DNA of 64,000 nucleotides from a virus (lineage: Duplodnaviria; Caudoviricetes). Every line of letters begins with the position of its first letter. Within the stretch, counting starts at the first letter, position 1. The notes under the pieces are model-generated. The model was not told where the DNA came from. It worked only from the letters and a program-made list of their open reading frames with translations, and did no database searches. Position numbers and translations under genes: made by a program. The stretch lies in the IMG/VR virus record IMGVR_UViG_3300027969_000041. One strand, 5' to 3'. Below are positions 9,823 to 18,683 of the stretch, in pieces.

Positions 9823-10478
9823 ACTAAGTCTAATGCAATCCTAGTAGCAAATGGGAGTTGTTTTTTTGACAGTAGCTCTTTAATCTGAGCAAATAAATCG
9901 TCAATAGTTGCGTTGTTGTCAACAACATGATCTATTGCGCCTCCTACCCATGCAGTTTCACTGGCATGAATACCTTCTTTTATTAAGAAGTTTTGTGCGC
10001 TTTCTACACCTTTATTTGCTTGAATAGCTATATCATACCAATGTGGAGTAACGCCTCGATTTACTCTAACTACAATACCGCCTGCATTATGAATAGCCTT
10101 AATTTCGTTAGGAAATCTTACATCACTGATTACAATATTATCTGTAGTCTTTCGAATCTTATTTTCTAGACTTGCAATCCAAATGTCATCATGGAAGCCT
10201 TTACGACATACTTCTGTGCCCCACCATTGTAGTATCCATCGTGGAGTAAGATGGGGAATATTTAGGCGTTCTGCCCACCACGGATCGACCTGTTCTCGCC
10301 ATGCACGAGCTTCTGCGGTGCGACCTTCTAGGAGTGTCCGGTCCCAACCAAATACATGAGATACTGCATCTTTGAGAGTATTTGCAAATGAATCTCGTCG
10401 ATATCCGTGAAAGTTAACCAAATAATCTGCGGCAGTGTCTTTGCCTGAACCAATAAATCCTACAAAACCTACAATCAT
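9819..10478 (-). CDS. Deoxynucleoside monophosphate kinase (T4 gp1-like)
   Basis: P-loop GFIGSGKDT, SFANTLKDAV, TPRWILQWWGTEVCR, VISDVRFPNE, HASE. Confidence 0.9.
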   Translation of the reverse strand: MIVGFVGFIGSGKDTAADYLVNFHGYRRDSFANTLKDAVSHVFGWDRTLLEGRTAEARAWREQVDPWWAERLNIPHLTPRWILQWWGTEVCRKGFHDDIWIASLENKIRKTTDNIVISDVRFPNEIKAIHNAGGIVVRVNRGVTPHWYDIAIQANKGVESAQNFLIKEGIHASETAWVGGAIDHVVDNNATIDDLFAQIKELLSKKQLPFATRIALDLV

Positions 10479-10501
10479 AGCATCTCCTAACGTGATACTA
10501 T

Positions 10502-10530
10502 AATTTACTATAATTAGCTATAGTTGTCAA
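10502..10530 (-). promoter_or_regulatory. Host sigma70-type promoter for the dNMP kinase
   Basis: TTGACA-17 nt-TAAATT, then SD AGGAG. Confidence 0.6.
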
Positions 10531-10537
10531 GAATTTT

Positions 10538-11296
10538 TTAGCCGATTACAAAGGTCAGTGGTTGTCCGCCTTCTTTGTAATTAATTAGATCCATCTCTAA
10601 CATTTCTATTTCAGCTTTGGCTTCAGCTTTTAGTGCTGTTCCATTTAAAGTTGTACTACCCTGCGGACTAGCAATACTTCCAAACTTTTCACGAGCCTCA
10701 CCTAGCATTAACTTAGCTGTCGCTAGACTATAATCTTTTAACCACTGACCTGCATATTGATCTTGCAGTAGGTTAAAATCCGGGCGATAGTTATACATCC
10801 AGGCCAGTACTTCTTCACCACCACGAGGACGTTGCATAATGGTTAACTTTTTAGTAGTCGGATTAAATGTAAAATTGATATCTGTACCAAACATTTTACC
10901 AACTTGCTTTTGATAACTGGCAAAAGCATAATATGTTGCTAGGCCGCCCATGTTTGTACTTGTTAACAAATAGGTATTAGAGTAAGCTAGATTAAACGGC
11001 TCAAATAAAGTTCCACTGTCGCCGCCACCAGATCTACTGCCAATACTACGACGGAAGAGTTGCCGTACTCCAGTTACTTCTTTAGGTAAAATGTAATCGT
11101 TTGTATCAGTTTCTAATGTAATAAATCCAAAACTTTCTTCGCTGGCGTTGCTACTTCGTTGACGAAATTTTGCAAGGGCGCGATCAATGGCCGTATTATA
11201 ATGAATAGGGTCTAATTCTACATCAACCATGCCAGCACCTAGCATAGCTTGTACATAGTCAACAACTTTTTGGCGTTCGTTTTCAGTTTCAGTCAT
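10538..11296 (-). CDS. gp13: Neck protein (gp13-like head-tail adaptor)
   Basis: VDVELDP.HY..AIDRAL..F, QWLKDYSLATAK.MLGEAREKF, GSTTLNG..L..EA motifs. Confidence 0.8.
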   Translation of the reverse strand: MTETENERQKVVDYVQAMLGAGMVDVELDPIHYNTAIDRALAKFRQRSSNASEESFGFITLETDTNDYILPKEVTGVRQLFRRSIGSRSGGGDSGTLFEPFNLAYSNTYLLTSTNMGGLATYYAFASYQKQVGKMFGTDINFTFNPTTKKLTIMQRPRGGEEVLAWMYNYRPDFNLLQDQYAGQWLKDYSLATAKLMLGEAREKFGSIASPQGSTTLNGTALKAEAKAEIEMLEMDLINYKEGGQPLTFVIG

Positions 11297-11301
11297 ACGA
11301 A

Positions 11302-11317
11302 TATTTATCTATAAATA
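11302..11317. promoter_or_regulatory. Back-to-back late promoters driving gp13-like (minus) and gp14/15-like (plus) genes
   Basis: TAAATA on minus at 11302-11307 and TATAAATA on plus at 11310-11317, inside a 28-nt intergenic gap. Confidence 0.75.
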
Positions 11318-11324
11318 TAAGACT

Positions 11325-12530
11325 ATGCCAAGACTCTCATTGTACCGCCCCGAAAAGGGCAATGATTATCGCTTTTTAGATCGTGTTATCAACGAAGAAT
11401 TTCAAGTGGGCGGAACAGATGTTTATGTACACCGATACACGGGTCCGGTTAATCCCGCAACAGGAGAAGCTACTCCTAGTACTCCTAATAATACTAGCAG
11501 TATTCCAGAATTAGGAATACAAGATTTAATATTCATGGAAAACAGAGATCGTCATTATGATCCTGATATCTATGTTATGCGTGGAATTTATACCATGCAG
11601 GACTTGGATTTTAATCTAAGCCAATTTGGCCTATTTTTACAAAACGATAATATCTTTATTATGTTCCACTTAAAAAATACAGTAGATGTATTACAGCGTA
11701 AAATTATGCCTGGAGATGTTATTGAGCTTCCTCACTTAAAAGATGAATATGCGTTAGATAACAGTGTCGTAGCATTAAAGAGATTCTATGTTGTACAAGA
11801 TGTTAGTCGTCCTGCGGCAGGTTATAGTCAAACATGGTATCCCCATTTGCTACGTGCCAAGTGCGTACCGTTAATTGATAGCCAAGAATTTAAAGAGATA
11901 CTTGATAGTGATGCAGGTGCAGGCAATGGTAGCACATTACGTGATTTATTAAGTACATATCAACAAAGCATTGACATTAACAATCAAATTCTAGCTCAAG
12001 CAGAAGCTGATGCACCTAGTAGTGGTTATAATACTAAAAACTTATTTGTTATTCCGTTGCGCGAAGATAGTACTGTAGATGTTGCCGATGCTTCAGATAT
12101 CGACGGCGATGCAAGTATTAACAACCCTGCATTAGATGCTAGTGTTGTGCTACGTAGTCCGGATAAAGACATTTATGTAGGTTACCTAAACGGTGACGGA
12201 AGTCCGCCAAACGGAGCACCTTATGGGTTTGGAATTTCATTCCCATCAGTGCCTATTAAAGGTCAGTTTTATCTAAGAACAGATTATATGCCTAACAGAT
12301 TATTTAGATACGACGGCAAACATTGGATCAAATATGAGGATAATGTTCGTATGACTCTAAACAACCTTGGCAGTGAAGACGTTGCCAGTGGACCTGCGGT
12401 AGGAAAATCAGTTCGCAAAACACAAAAATCTAGCTTTATTAATAATACAAATACTGCTACTATTGCAGGATCAGTGGTTAAGGAGCGTCAAGCATTGAGC
12501 AAGGCATTAAAACCTAAGGCGGACAATTAA
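11325..12530 (+). CDS. Neck protein (gp14-like)
   Basis: D.IFMENRDR.YD, FNLSQFGLFL.ND.IF..FH, PGDVIELPHL; positioned between gp13-like and gp15-like genes. Confidence 0.65.
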   Translation: MPRLSLYRPEKGNDYRFLDRVINEEFQVGGTDVYVHRYTGPVNPATGEATPSTPNNTSSIPELGIQDLIFMENRDRHYDPDIYVMRGIYTMQDLDFNLSQFGLFLQNDNIFIMFHLKNTVDVLQRKIMPGDVIELPHLKDEYALDNSVVALKRFYVVQDVSRPAAGYSQTWYPHLLRAKCVPLIDSQEFKEILDSDAGAGNGSTLRDLLSTYQQSIDINNQILAQAEADAPSSGYNTKNLFVIPLREDSTVDVADASDIDGDASINNPALDASVVLRSPDKDIYVGYLNGDGSPPNGAPYGFGISFPSVPIKGQFYLRTDYMPNRLFRYDGKHWIKYEDNVRMTLNNLGSEDVASGPAVGKSVRKTQKSSFINNTNTATIAGSVVKERQALSKALKPKADN

Positions 12531-12531
12531 T

Positions 12532-13908
12532 ATGGCAGATCATTTTTATGATGGTCAGGTACGCAGATATCTGACACAGTTTATGAGGATTATGAGTAAC
12601 TTTAGTTATAAAGATGCTAAGGGTAAACTTACACAAATTCCAGTCCGCTACGGTGATATGAATAGACAAGTGTCTAGTCTATTAAAGAAAAACAGTGAGA
12701 ACACTATCCCTAGTGCGCCATTTATTGCCTGCTATATCAAAGACATTCAGTTTGATCGTCCACGTATGCAAGATCCTACATTTGTTAGCACAGTTAATAT
12801 TCGTGAACGTACTTATGATGAAACTGGTCAAGAATATTTGAATACACAAGGTGCAAACTATACCGTAGAACGCATTATGCCTAGTCCATATCTTCTTACT
12901 TTTTCTGCAGATATTTGGACTACAAACACAGATCAAAAGTTTCAACTATGGGAACAACTTGCTGTATTATTCAACCCTAGTTTAGAAATACAAACAACAG
13001 ACAACTATATTGATTGGACAAGTTTAAGTGTCCTTACCTTAGAAAATCAAGTATGGAGTAGTCGCAGTATTCCACAAGGTCTTGAACAAGATATTGATAT
13101 TTTGAATATGACTTTTAGTGCACCTATATGGATTAGTCCACCTGCTAAAGTTAAGAAATTAGGAATTATTACTAAAATTATTAGTAACGTATTTTCTGTA
13201 CCTACGGGAAATATTCAAACAGATTACAATAATCCGTATGCAGTAGAGTTATTTGGGGAACCAGCTTCAACAGTTACAGTAACTCTTGGAAATTATGAAT
13301 TATTAGTAATGAATAACGTTGCTAAATTGATCAGCAATCAAGGCACAGATTACGATATTGCATCTGATACTGCACAACAAACAGCGTGGACTAGATTATT
13401 AGATTTATATCCAGGCCAGTTCCGTGCAGGTCTAAGCCAATTAAGATTGACTAAGCCTGACGGTAATGAAATTGTTGCCTATATCAGCTTAGATCCACTT
13501 GACGAGTTTAGGATGGTTATGAACATTGATCACGACACAGTTCCTAGCAATACAATTATCAGTGGCAGAGGCACCGTTGATGCTATTATTAATCCTGAAA
13601 CATTTAATCCTATCTCTACTAGAGCAGCAGGAAAACGCTATCTAATATTAGAAGCTATCAATAGTACTATTACAGAAGGTCCACTAGCGTGGCAACAGGC
13701 CAACGGTCAAGGATTTAGTGCTAATGCCAATGACATTATCGAGTGGAGCGGGACTGCTTGGTCAGTTATTTTCAATTCTCAGGCAGCTACTGCGGTGACG
13801 TATATAACTAACTCATACACAGGAGTTCAATACAAATGGGATTTAGAATCCTGGAGTAAGAGCTTTGAAGGTGTTTATACTAACCAAGCATGGCGTCTAA
13901 TTCTCTAA
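12532..13908 (+). CDS. Tail sheath stabiliser/terminator (gp15-like) with C-terminal extension
   Basis: HFYDGQVRRYLTQF, QIPVRYG, PSPYLLTF...IW, QLWEQL..LFNPSLEI. Confidence 0.7.
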   Translation: MADHFYDGQVRRYLTQFMRIMSNFSYKDAKGKLTQIPVRYGDMNRQVSSLLKKNSENTIPSAPFIACYIKDIQFDRPRMQDPTFVSTVNIRERTYDETGQEYLNTQGANYTVERIMPSPYLLTFSADIWTTNTDQKFQLWEQLAVLFNPSLEIQTTDNYIDWTSLSVLTLENQVWSSRSIPQGLEQDIDILNMTFSAPIWISPPAKVKKLGIITKIISNVFSVPTGNIQTDYNNPYAVELFGEPASTVTVTLGNYELLVMNNVAKLISNQGTDYDIASDTAQQTAWTRLLDLYPGQFRAGLSQLRLTKPDGNEIVAYISLDPLDEFRMVMNIDHDTVPSNTIISGRGTVDAIINPETFNPISTRAAGKRYLILEAINSTITEGPLAWQQANGQGFSANANDIIEWSGTAWSVIFNSQAATAVTYITNSYTGVQYKWDLESWSKSFEGVYTNQAWRLIL

Positions 13909-14333
13909 ATCAAATTGTTTGCAGTGGCGGAATCTTTCTTGCTAAAGAAACACGCAGATTTTTATTCTTACTAAGAACTCAGGGAAAAACTGCAGGCACT
14001 TGGGGATTAGTTGGGGGTAAAAAAGAACCCACTGATATTACTGCGGTTGATGCACTTAAAAGAGAAATCACAGAAGAAGTAGGTAAGACTCCCACAATAA
14101 AAAAGATTGTTCCACTAGAATTGTTTACTAGTAACGATCAAAATTTTCAATATAACACTTATGTTTTGTTAGTTGATAAAGAATTTATTCCTACACTCAA
14201 TGAAGAACATAGTGGGTATGCATGGTGTACTTACGACGAATGGCCAAAGCCCTTACATCAGGGCGTAAAAAATAGCCTTAATAACAAAAGTATTAAGGCT
14301 AAGTTAGAAATCTTACTAGAATTAATCGATTAA
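13890..14333 (+). CDS. Nudix hydrolase
   Basis: Nudix box WGLVGGKKE...ALKREITEEVG and NEEHSGYAW. Confidence 0.9.
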   Translation: MASNSLNQIVCSGGIFLAKETRRFLFLLRTQGKTAGTWGLVGGKKEPTDITAVDALKREITEEVGKTPTIKKIVPLELFTSNDQNFQYNTYVLLVDKEFIPTLNEEHSGYAWCTYDEWPKPLHQGVKNSLNNKSIKAKLEILLELID

Positions 14334-14975
14334 ATCTGGGCCAAACGCCCATGTACCTAAGTGGCGCATTTCCATACTAAGCTGTGTATCAACTTTAACT
14401 GTATAACCACGTTGTGCCATCTTCTGGCATAGGATCATATCTTCACCTAAGTGATCATTGCTTTTAGGCGTCCATCCAAATTCAAACCATGGTTGAGGAA
14501 TTTCTGTTAAAATTTTAGTCTTCATTAACATACATCCCATACCTATGCCTTCTACAGGAACTAAATCATCGTATGGTTTAAATGGAAGAGGATTCTGCCA
14601 ATCGCCGATTGTTTCGTAAGCAACACCTTTAGCTGGTAATTGTCTGCGAATATAGTTTGCAGCAACAATATCTTCGTTATGTGCCAGTAGTCGAAGTGCG
14701 GTAGCGGAAGGGAACACCATATCGCTGTCTAGCCATAACATGTATTCGGCGCCAACGTTCTGGGCTTCTATAGCTAGGCGTTCTCTTTGTGTTAGTAAAA
14801 TAGTACTTGCGTCATAAACAACATGGGTATCTAAGTTATTCATTGTATTAAGTTTAACAAGTTCAACTAAGCACTTGCTAAATGCACTATGTAGCATGTC
14901 TCGACAAGGAACTAATACTGCCAGTTTACCCTTTTTAAGACTCCATTTACTGGAGGCAAATACACTTTTTGTCAT
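14322..14975 (-). CDS. GT-A fold (GT2-like) glycosyltransferase
   Basis: WLDSDMVF DxD motif, GIGMGCMLM, GEDMILC, terminal HLG. Confidence 0.8.
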   Translation of the reverse strand: MTKSVFASSKWSLKKGKLAVLVPCRDMLHSAFSKCLVELVKLNTMNNLDTHVVYDASTILLTQRERLAIEAQNVGAEYMLWLDSDMVFPSATALRLLAHNEDIVAANYIRRQLPAKGVAYETIGDWQNPLPFKPYDDLVPVEGIGMGCMLMKTKILTEIPQPWFEFGWTPKSNDHLGEDMILCQKMAQRGYTVKVDTQLSMEMRHLGTWAFGPDLID

Positions 14976-15442
14976 GCGCCTGCCACATCGTTGCTCAGTG
15001 TTTCACCTTGAATTACAAGTTCTTGTATAGCACTGATTAAATCTTGTGTGCGTTTAGCTGTAAGAATAAAATCAGTAGGACTTAATTTACAGGTGATAGT
15101 CATTGTGTCAAAACCAACACGCCCGTTAGTTAGAACTTCGAGGGCACTTTGACGAGCAAGTGCTTCAATAAAGTTTTGTTGAACAACTTCATCATCGTTT
15201 GACAATAAGTTAACACACTCTTCTTCGTCTAAATCATTAGATAGGTCAACAAGTATTTCTAACTCTTGTGTTTCTAGGTCAGTAAGTTTTTCTAAGGATT
15301 CTAGTTCTTGGATTCGTGTTAAAAAATCAAACAACGTTTTTGGATTTGATGCTCGATCACTCCATTTAATGTTGTCTAGTTCCCACCTCGATAACCCTAG
15401 TTGTGCTTTTGATAAAATGCCGTCTATGTCTAATTTTTTCAT
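14972..15442 (-). CDS. Hypothetical protein
   Basis: 156-aa ORF; ATGA overlap with the glycosyltransferase. Confidence 0.6.
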   Translation of the reverse strand: MKKLDIDGILSKAQLGLSRWELDNIKWSDRASNPKTLFDFLTRIQELESLEKLTDLETQELEILVDLSNDLDEEECVNLLSNDDEVVQQNFIEALARQSALEVLTNGRVGFDTMTITCKLSPTDFILTAKRTQDLISAIQELVIQGETLSNDVAGA

Positions 15443-15444
15443 TG

Positions 15445-15663
15445 TTAATATGTATAAGTGGTTGTTCTACCACCGAACGTTGACGAGAGACTAATTTGAG
15501 TACCGGCTGCACTAACACCATAGTTTGCACCAAGTGTTGCACTTAGCCTAATGTTTGACCCTCCGGCTGGGGCATTGCCTGCCGCGCCCGGAGCATTGTT
15601 ATTATACGCCTGGTTGACTCTTCCAAATGTTATTGCACTTCCGGTTGCTGGTATTAATCCCAC
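15445..15663 (-). CDS. Small Gly/Ala-rich protein, possible fibre-tip component
   Basis: 72-aa ORF directly after the S74-bearing fibre gene. Confidence 0.55.
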   Translation of the reverse strand: MGLIPATGSAITFGRVNQAYNNNAPGAAGNAPAGGSNIRLSATLGANYGVSAAGTQISLSSTFGGRTTTYTY

Positions 15664-15684
15664 GGTCTTGTCCCCTGTGGCGTG

Positions 15685-18438
15685 TTATTTATTGACCAGA
15701 TTGTCAATGGTCTCGGAAAGTTGAGCAATTTGTTTTTGCTGTTCTTTTATGGCTTCTACTAACAATGGTACTAATTTCTCGTATTGAATAGTCTTGTAAT
15801 CCTCTCCAGATTTACTGTTTCCATTTTCATCTTGATCAAACGGTGCTGGTCTAACTGCTTCTGGTAGAACTGCATCTACTTCATCGGCAAATAGTCCAAC
15901 GATTGTTTTATCGGATGTGTATCCAAAACTTCTTGCTAAATCGTTCGGTGTATATAAAATACCATTTAATGATAACACCTTTTGTACAGCATTGTCAATG
16001 ATTTTGACATTTTCTTTTAATCTTCTGTCCGAATAATATGCTGTAATTTCATTAGTAGCACGAATCTCACCAGTTGTACCGCTTGGCGCTGTACCAACTC
16101 CTAATGATCCGTTAATTCTTTCGTTACCGTTAACATAACTGTTACCAGTATTGTAGATACCCCAGCTATTTGTAAATGTTACATTTGTACTTGCAACAGG
16201 AGCCTGAACATATAAGTTAATAGCATCAGTGACTGTAATTGCGTTAGTAGACGCAAAGCTAGGACTGTGAAAACTTGCACCAACTTTTCCTGATACTGTG
16301 CCTGCAATAGCAGTAGTATCAGTTAATGCTGCGGCAGCACTATGGAACACCGGACTGGTTGTTGTCCATGCAGTAGAACTAATATTACCTGTTCTAGTAA
16401 ATGCTGTGGCATTAATAGTTCCCACAACTCCTAATGTACTGATAGAATTAGTCCATGTAAAGTTGCCCGAGAATGTTGTTGCACCTGCGGCACTTTGATA
16501 AGGAATTTGATTAACTAGGCCGCCAGCAATATTTGTAGCGGTAGTTGAACTGCCAGCACTTAGTCCAGATGCCAATGACCACTGAGGAGCACTTGCACCC
16601 GCAGTTAACACGTATCCGCTTGTACCTAATGCTAGTTTAGTTAGTGCTGTACCTGAAGCATAATAAGCAATGTCACCAGCAGTCCAAGATGATAATCCTG
16701 TACCACCGTTGTTAGTTGCAACTACACCTGTAACATTTGCAGAACTACCTGAAATATTATTTGTACTTAATGCCGTTGCAATTTGCGCACCAGTTGCCGC
16801 AGTAAATGCACTTGTACCATTACCGTAGGCAACACCAGTTAGTGTATTAACACCTGTACCACCGTTGGCTGCACCTAATGTTTGTGTCCACTGAGGTGCC
16901 GTTGCACCTGTATTTACTGTTAAGAAATATCCTGCTGTACCAATTGCTAAGAAAGTAGTTGTGGCAGCGCCTGATTGATAAGGTAAGCTGCCTGCACTAC
17001 CGCCCGCTATGTTGCCGGCAGTACCAGATGCATTTCCTGTTAGTGCTCCAACAAATGTAGTAGCTGTTACTGATCCAGTAATTGTTGCACCTGCACTACC
17101 TGTGATTAGGCCACCTACATATAATTTGTCACCTATGCCAACGCCGCCATTGACAACTAATGCTCCAGTTGATGTAGAACTTGCAGCAATACCTGCAATA
17201 ATTTTTACTGTACCGGTTGAATCAACTGTAACACGATCAATAGCATTAGTAGTTAATTTTAAAGAGTTTGTAGCAGGAAATATTGAGAATGATTCAGACC
17301 CTGCGTTATTAGTTAATGCTGCTTGATTAGCATCGGAGTACAAAACACCAATTTGGCCTGTACTAGCACCTCGGAATTTTAATATAGAATTTGCACTACT
17401 GATAATATGCAACGGTGCAGTTGGAGTATCGACACCAATACCGTGATATCCAGAGCTAGGAATAAATGTTAGTCCACTAGTAGCTGCTGTTTTGATTCCT
17501 GTGTTACCTGTACTTGTTGATACAAATGTAACATACATTGGAGTAATTGTAGCAATATCATTTGTAATAGTGACATTAGTTGCTGTACCTGCACTTAGTC
17601 CACTAATTGCAGTCCATTGAGGTGCTGTTGCGCCTGCGGTTAATACAAATCCGCTTGTACCCAAAGCCAACATTGTTGTTGTATCTGCGGCTGTTTGATA
17701 TGGCAAACTGCCAGCTACTCCGCCTACTACATTTGTTGCTTTGGAAGCTGTTCCTGTTAAACTAGCAGTAATTGTGCCTGCTGAGAAATTGCCGCCGGCA
17801 TCTCTAAATACCAAAGTACTAACTGTATTTGAGCTTGTACCGTTTGATGTAACAGTAAATGTCTGTGTCTCACCAGTTGTTGATCCACTTAGACCATAAC
17901 CTGATGTAGCACCAGTTGAAACATAATCACCAGTTGTATCTGTTCCTAATACTACACTGTTAGGTTGAATGGTTAAATTAACGCTGGTTACATCAGCACT
18001 ACCATCAATACTAAATGTACCAGTTGTATCACCGGTAAATGTCACTGTTCTAGCAGTAGACCATTTTGTTGCTACTGTTGCTGTTCCTACAGATAAGGTA
18101 GACTGTGCTACATAACTAGGAGCAGAAGAGCCGTTACTGCTTAAAATAGATCCTACAGTTGATGTAGTTACAAAACCAGTTGTACCTGGAGCACTTTGAT
18201 AAACTAATTGCCCTGCTAGGCCATTGGCTATATTAGTAGCAGTGGTAACACTTCCACTTCCGGAGACTGTTCCGTATATTATTCCGCCAACATATAAATT
18301 TCCACCAACACCTGCACCACCTATTACCTGTAACGCACCGGTAATAGTCGACGATGCCGCATTGGTTCCGCTGACAAAAAGTTGGGTATCAACGGTTCCG
18401 GTACCGTATATTCTTGTTCCAGTTAATAGTTTTGCCAT
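15685..18438 (-). CDS. Tail fibre with C-terminal intramolecular chaperone (peptidase S74-like)
   Basis: S/T/G-rich repeats; YSDRRLKENV...KVLSLNGILY...GLFADEVDAVLPEAV...YEKLVPLLVEAIKEQQ coiled-coil end. Confidence 0.85.
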   Translation of the reverse strand: MAKLLTGTRIYGTGTVDTQLFVSGTNAASSTITGALQVIGGAGVGGNLYVGGIIYGTVSGSGSVTTATNIANGLAGQLVYQSAPGTTGFVTTSTVGSILSSNGSSAPSYVAQSTLSVGTATVATKWSTARTVTFTGDTTGTFSIDGSADVTSVNLTIQPNSVVLGTDTTGDYVSTGATSGYGLSGSTTGETQTFTVTSNGTSSNTVSTLVFRDAGGNFSAGTITASLTGTASKATNVVGGVAGSLPYQTAADTTTMLALGTSGFVLTAGATAPQWTAISGLSAGTATNVTITNDIATITPMYVTFVSTSTGNTGIKTAATSGLTFIPSSGYHGIGVDTPTAPLHIISSANSILKFRGASTGQIGVLYSDANQAALTNNAGSESFSIFPATNSLKLTTNAIDRVTVDSTGTVKIIAGIAASSTSTGALVVNGGVGIGDKLYVGGLITGSAGATITGSVTATTFVGALTGNASGTAGNIAGGSAGSLPYQSGAATTTFLAIGTAGYFLTVNTGATAPQWTQTLGAANGGTGVNTLTGVAYGNGTSAFTAATGAQIATALSTNNISGSSANVTGVVATNNGGTGLSSWTAGDIAYYASGTALTKLALGTSGYVLTAGASAPQWSLASGLSAGSSTTATNIAGGLVNQIPYQSAAGATTFSGNFTWTNSISTLGVVGTINATAFTRTGNISSTAWTTTSPVFHSAAAALTDTTAIAGTVSGKVGASFHSPSFASTNAITVTDAINLYVQAPVASTNVTFTNSWGIYNTGNSYVNGNERINGSLGVGTAPSGTTGEIRATNEITAYYSDRRLKENVKIIDNAVQKVLSLNGILYTPNDLARSFGYTSDKTIVGLFADEVDAVLPEAVRPAPFDQDENGNSKSGEDYKTIQYEKLVPLLVEAIKEQQKQIAQLSETIDNLVNK

Positions 18439-18461
18439 AGTACTCTATTTATTCATTATTT

Positions 18462-18683
18462 TTAAGTTGGTTTATCCACTTCATTAAACCCATTTGATAC
18501 TAACAATGTTCCTGTATTAGTTTCACGTTTTGATATGGCGCCATTGTTAATAGATACTTCATCAAACTGTGCGGCATAATACGTTGTAGTTGTTAATCTA
18601 ATAGTAGAGGTTGTTACTTCGTCAAATTCTCCACTGATAAACAGTGTACCTGTTGATGTTAGTCTAGATGCAACAGTTGCCAT
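18462..18683 (-). CDS. Small hypothetical protein in the fibre block
   Basis: 73-aa ORF with an internal FDEV duplication. Confidence 0.6.
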   Translation of the reverse strand: MATVASRLTSTGTLFISGEFDEVTTSTIRLTTTTYYAAQFDEVSINNGAISKRETNTGTLLVSNGFNEVDKPT

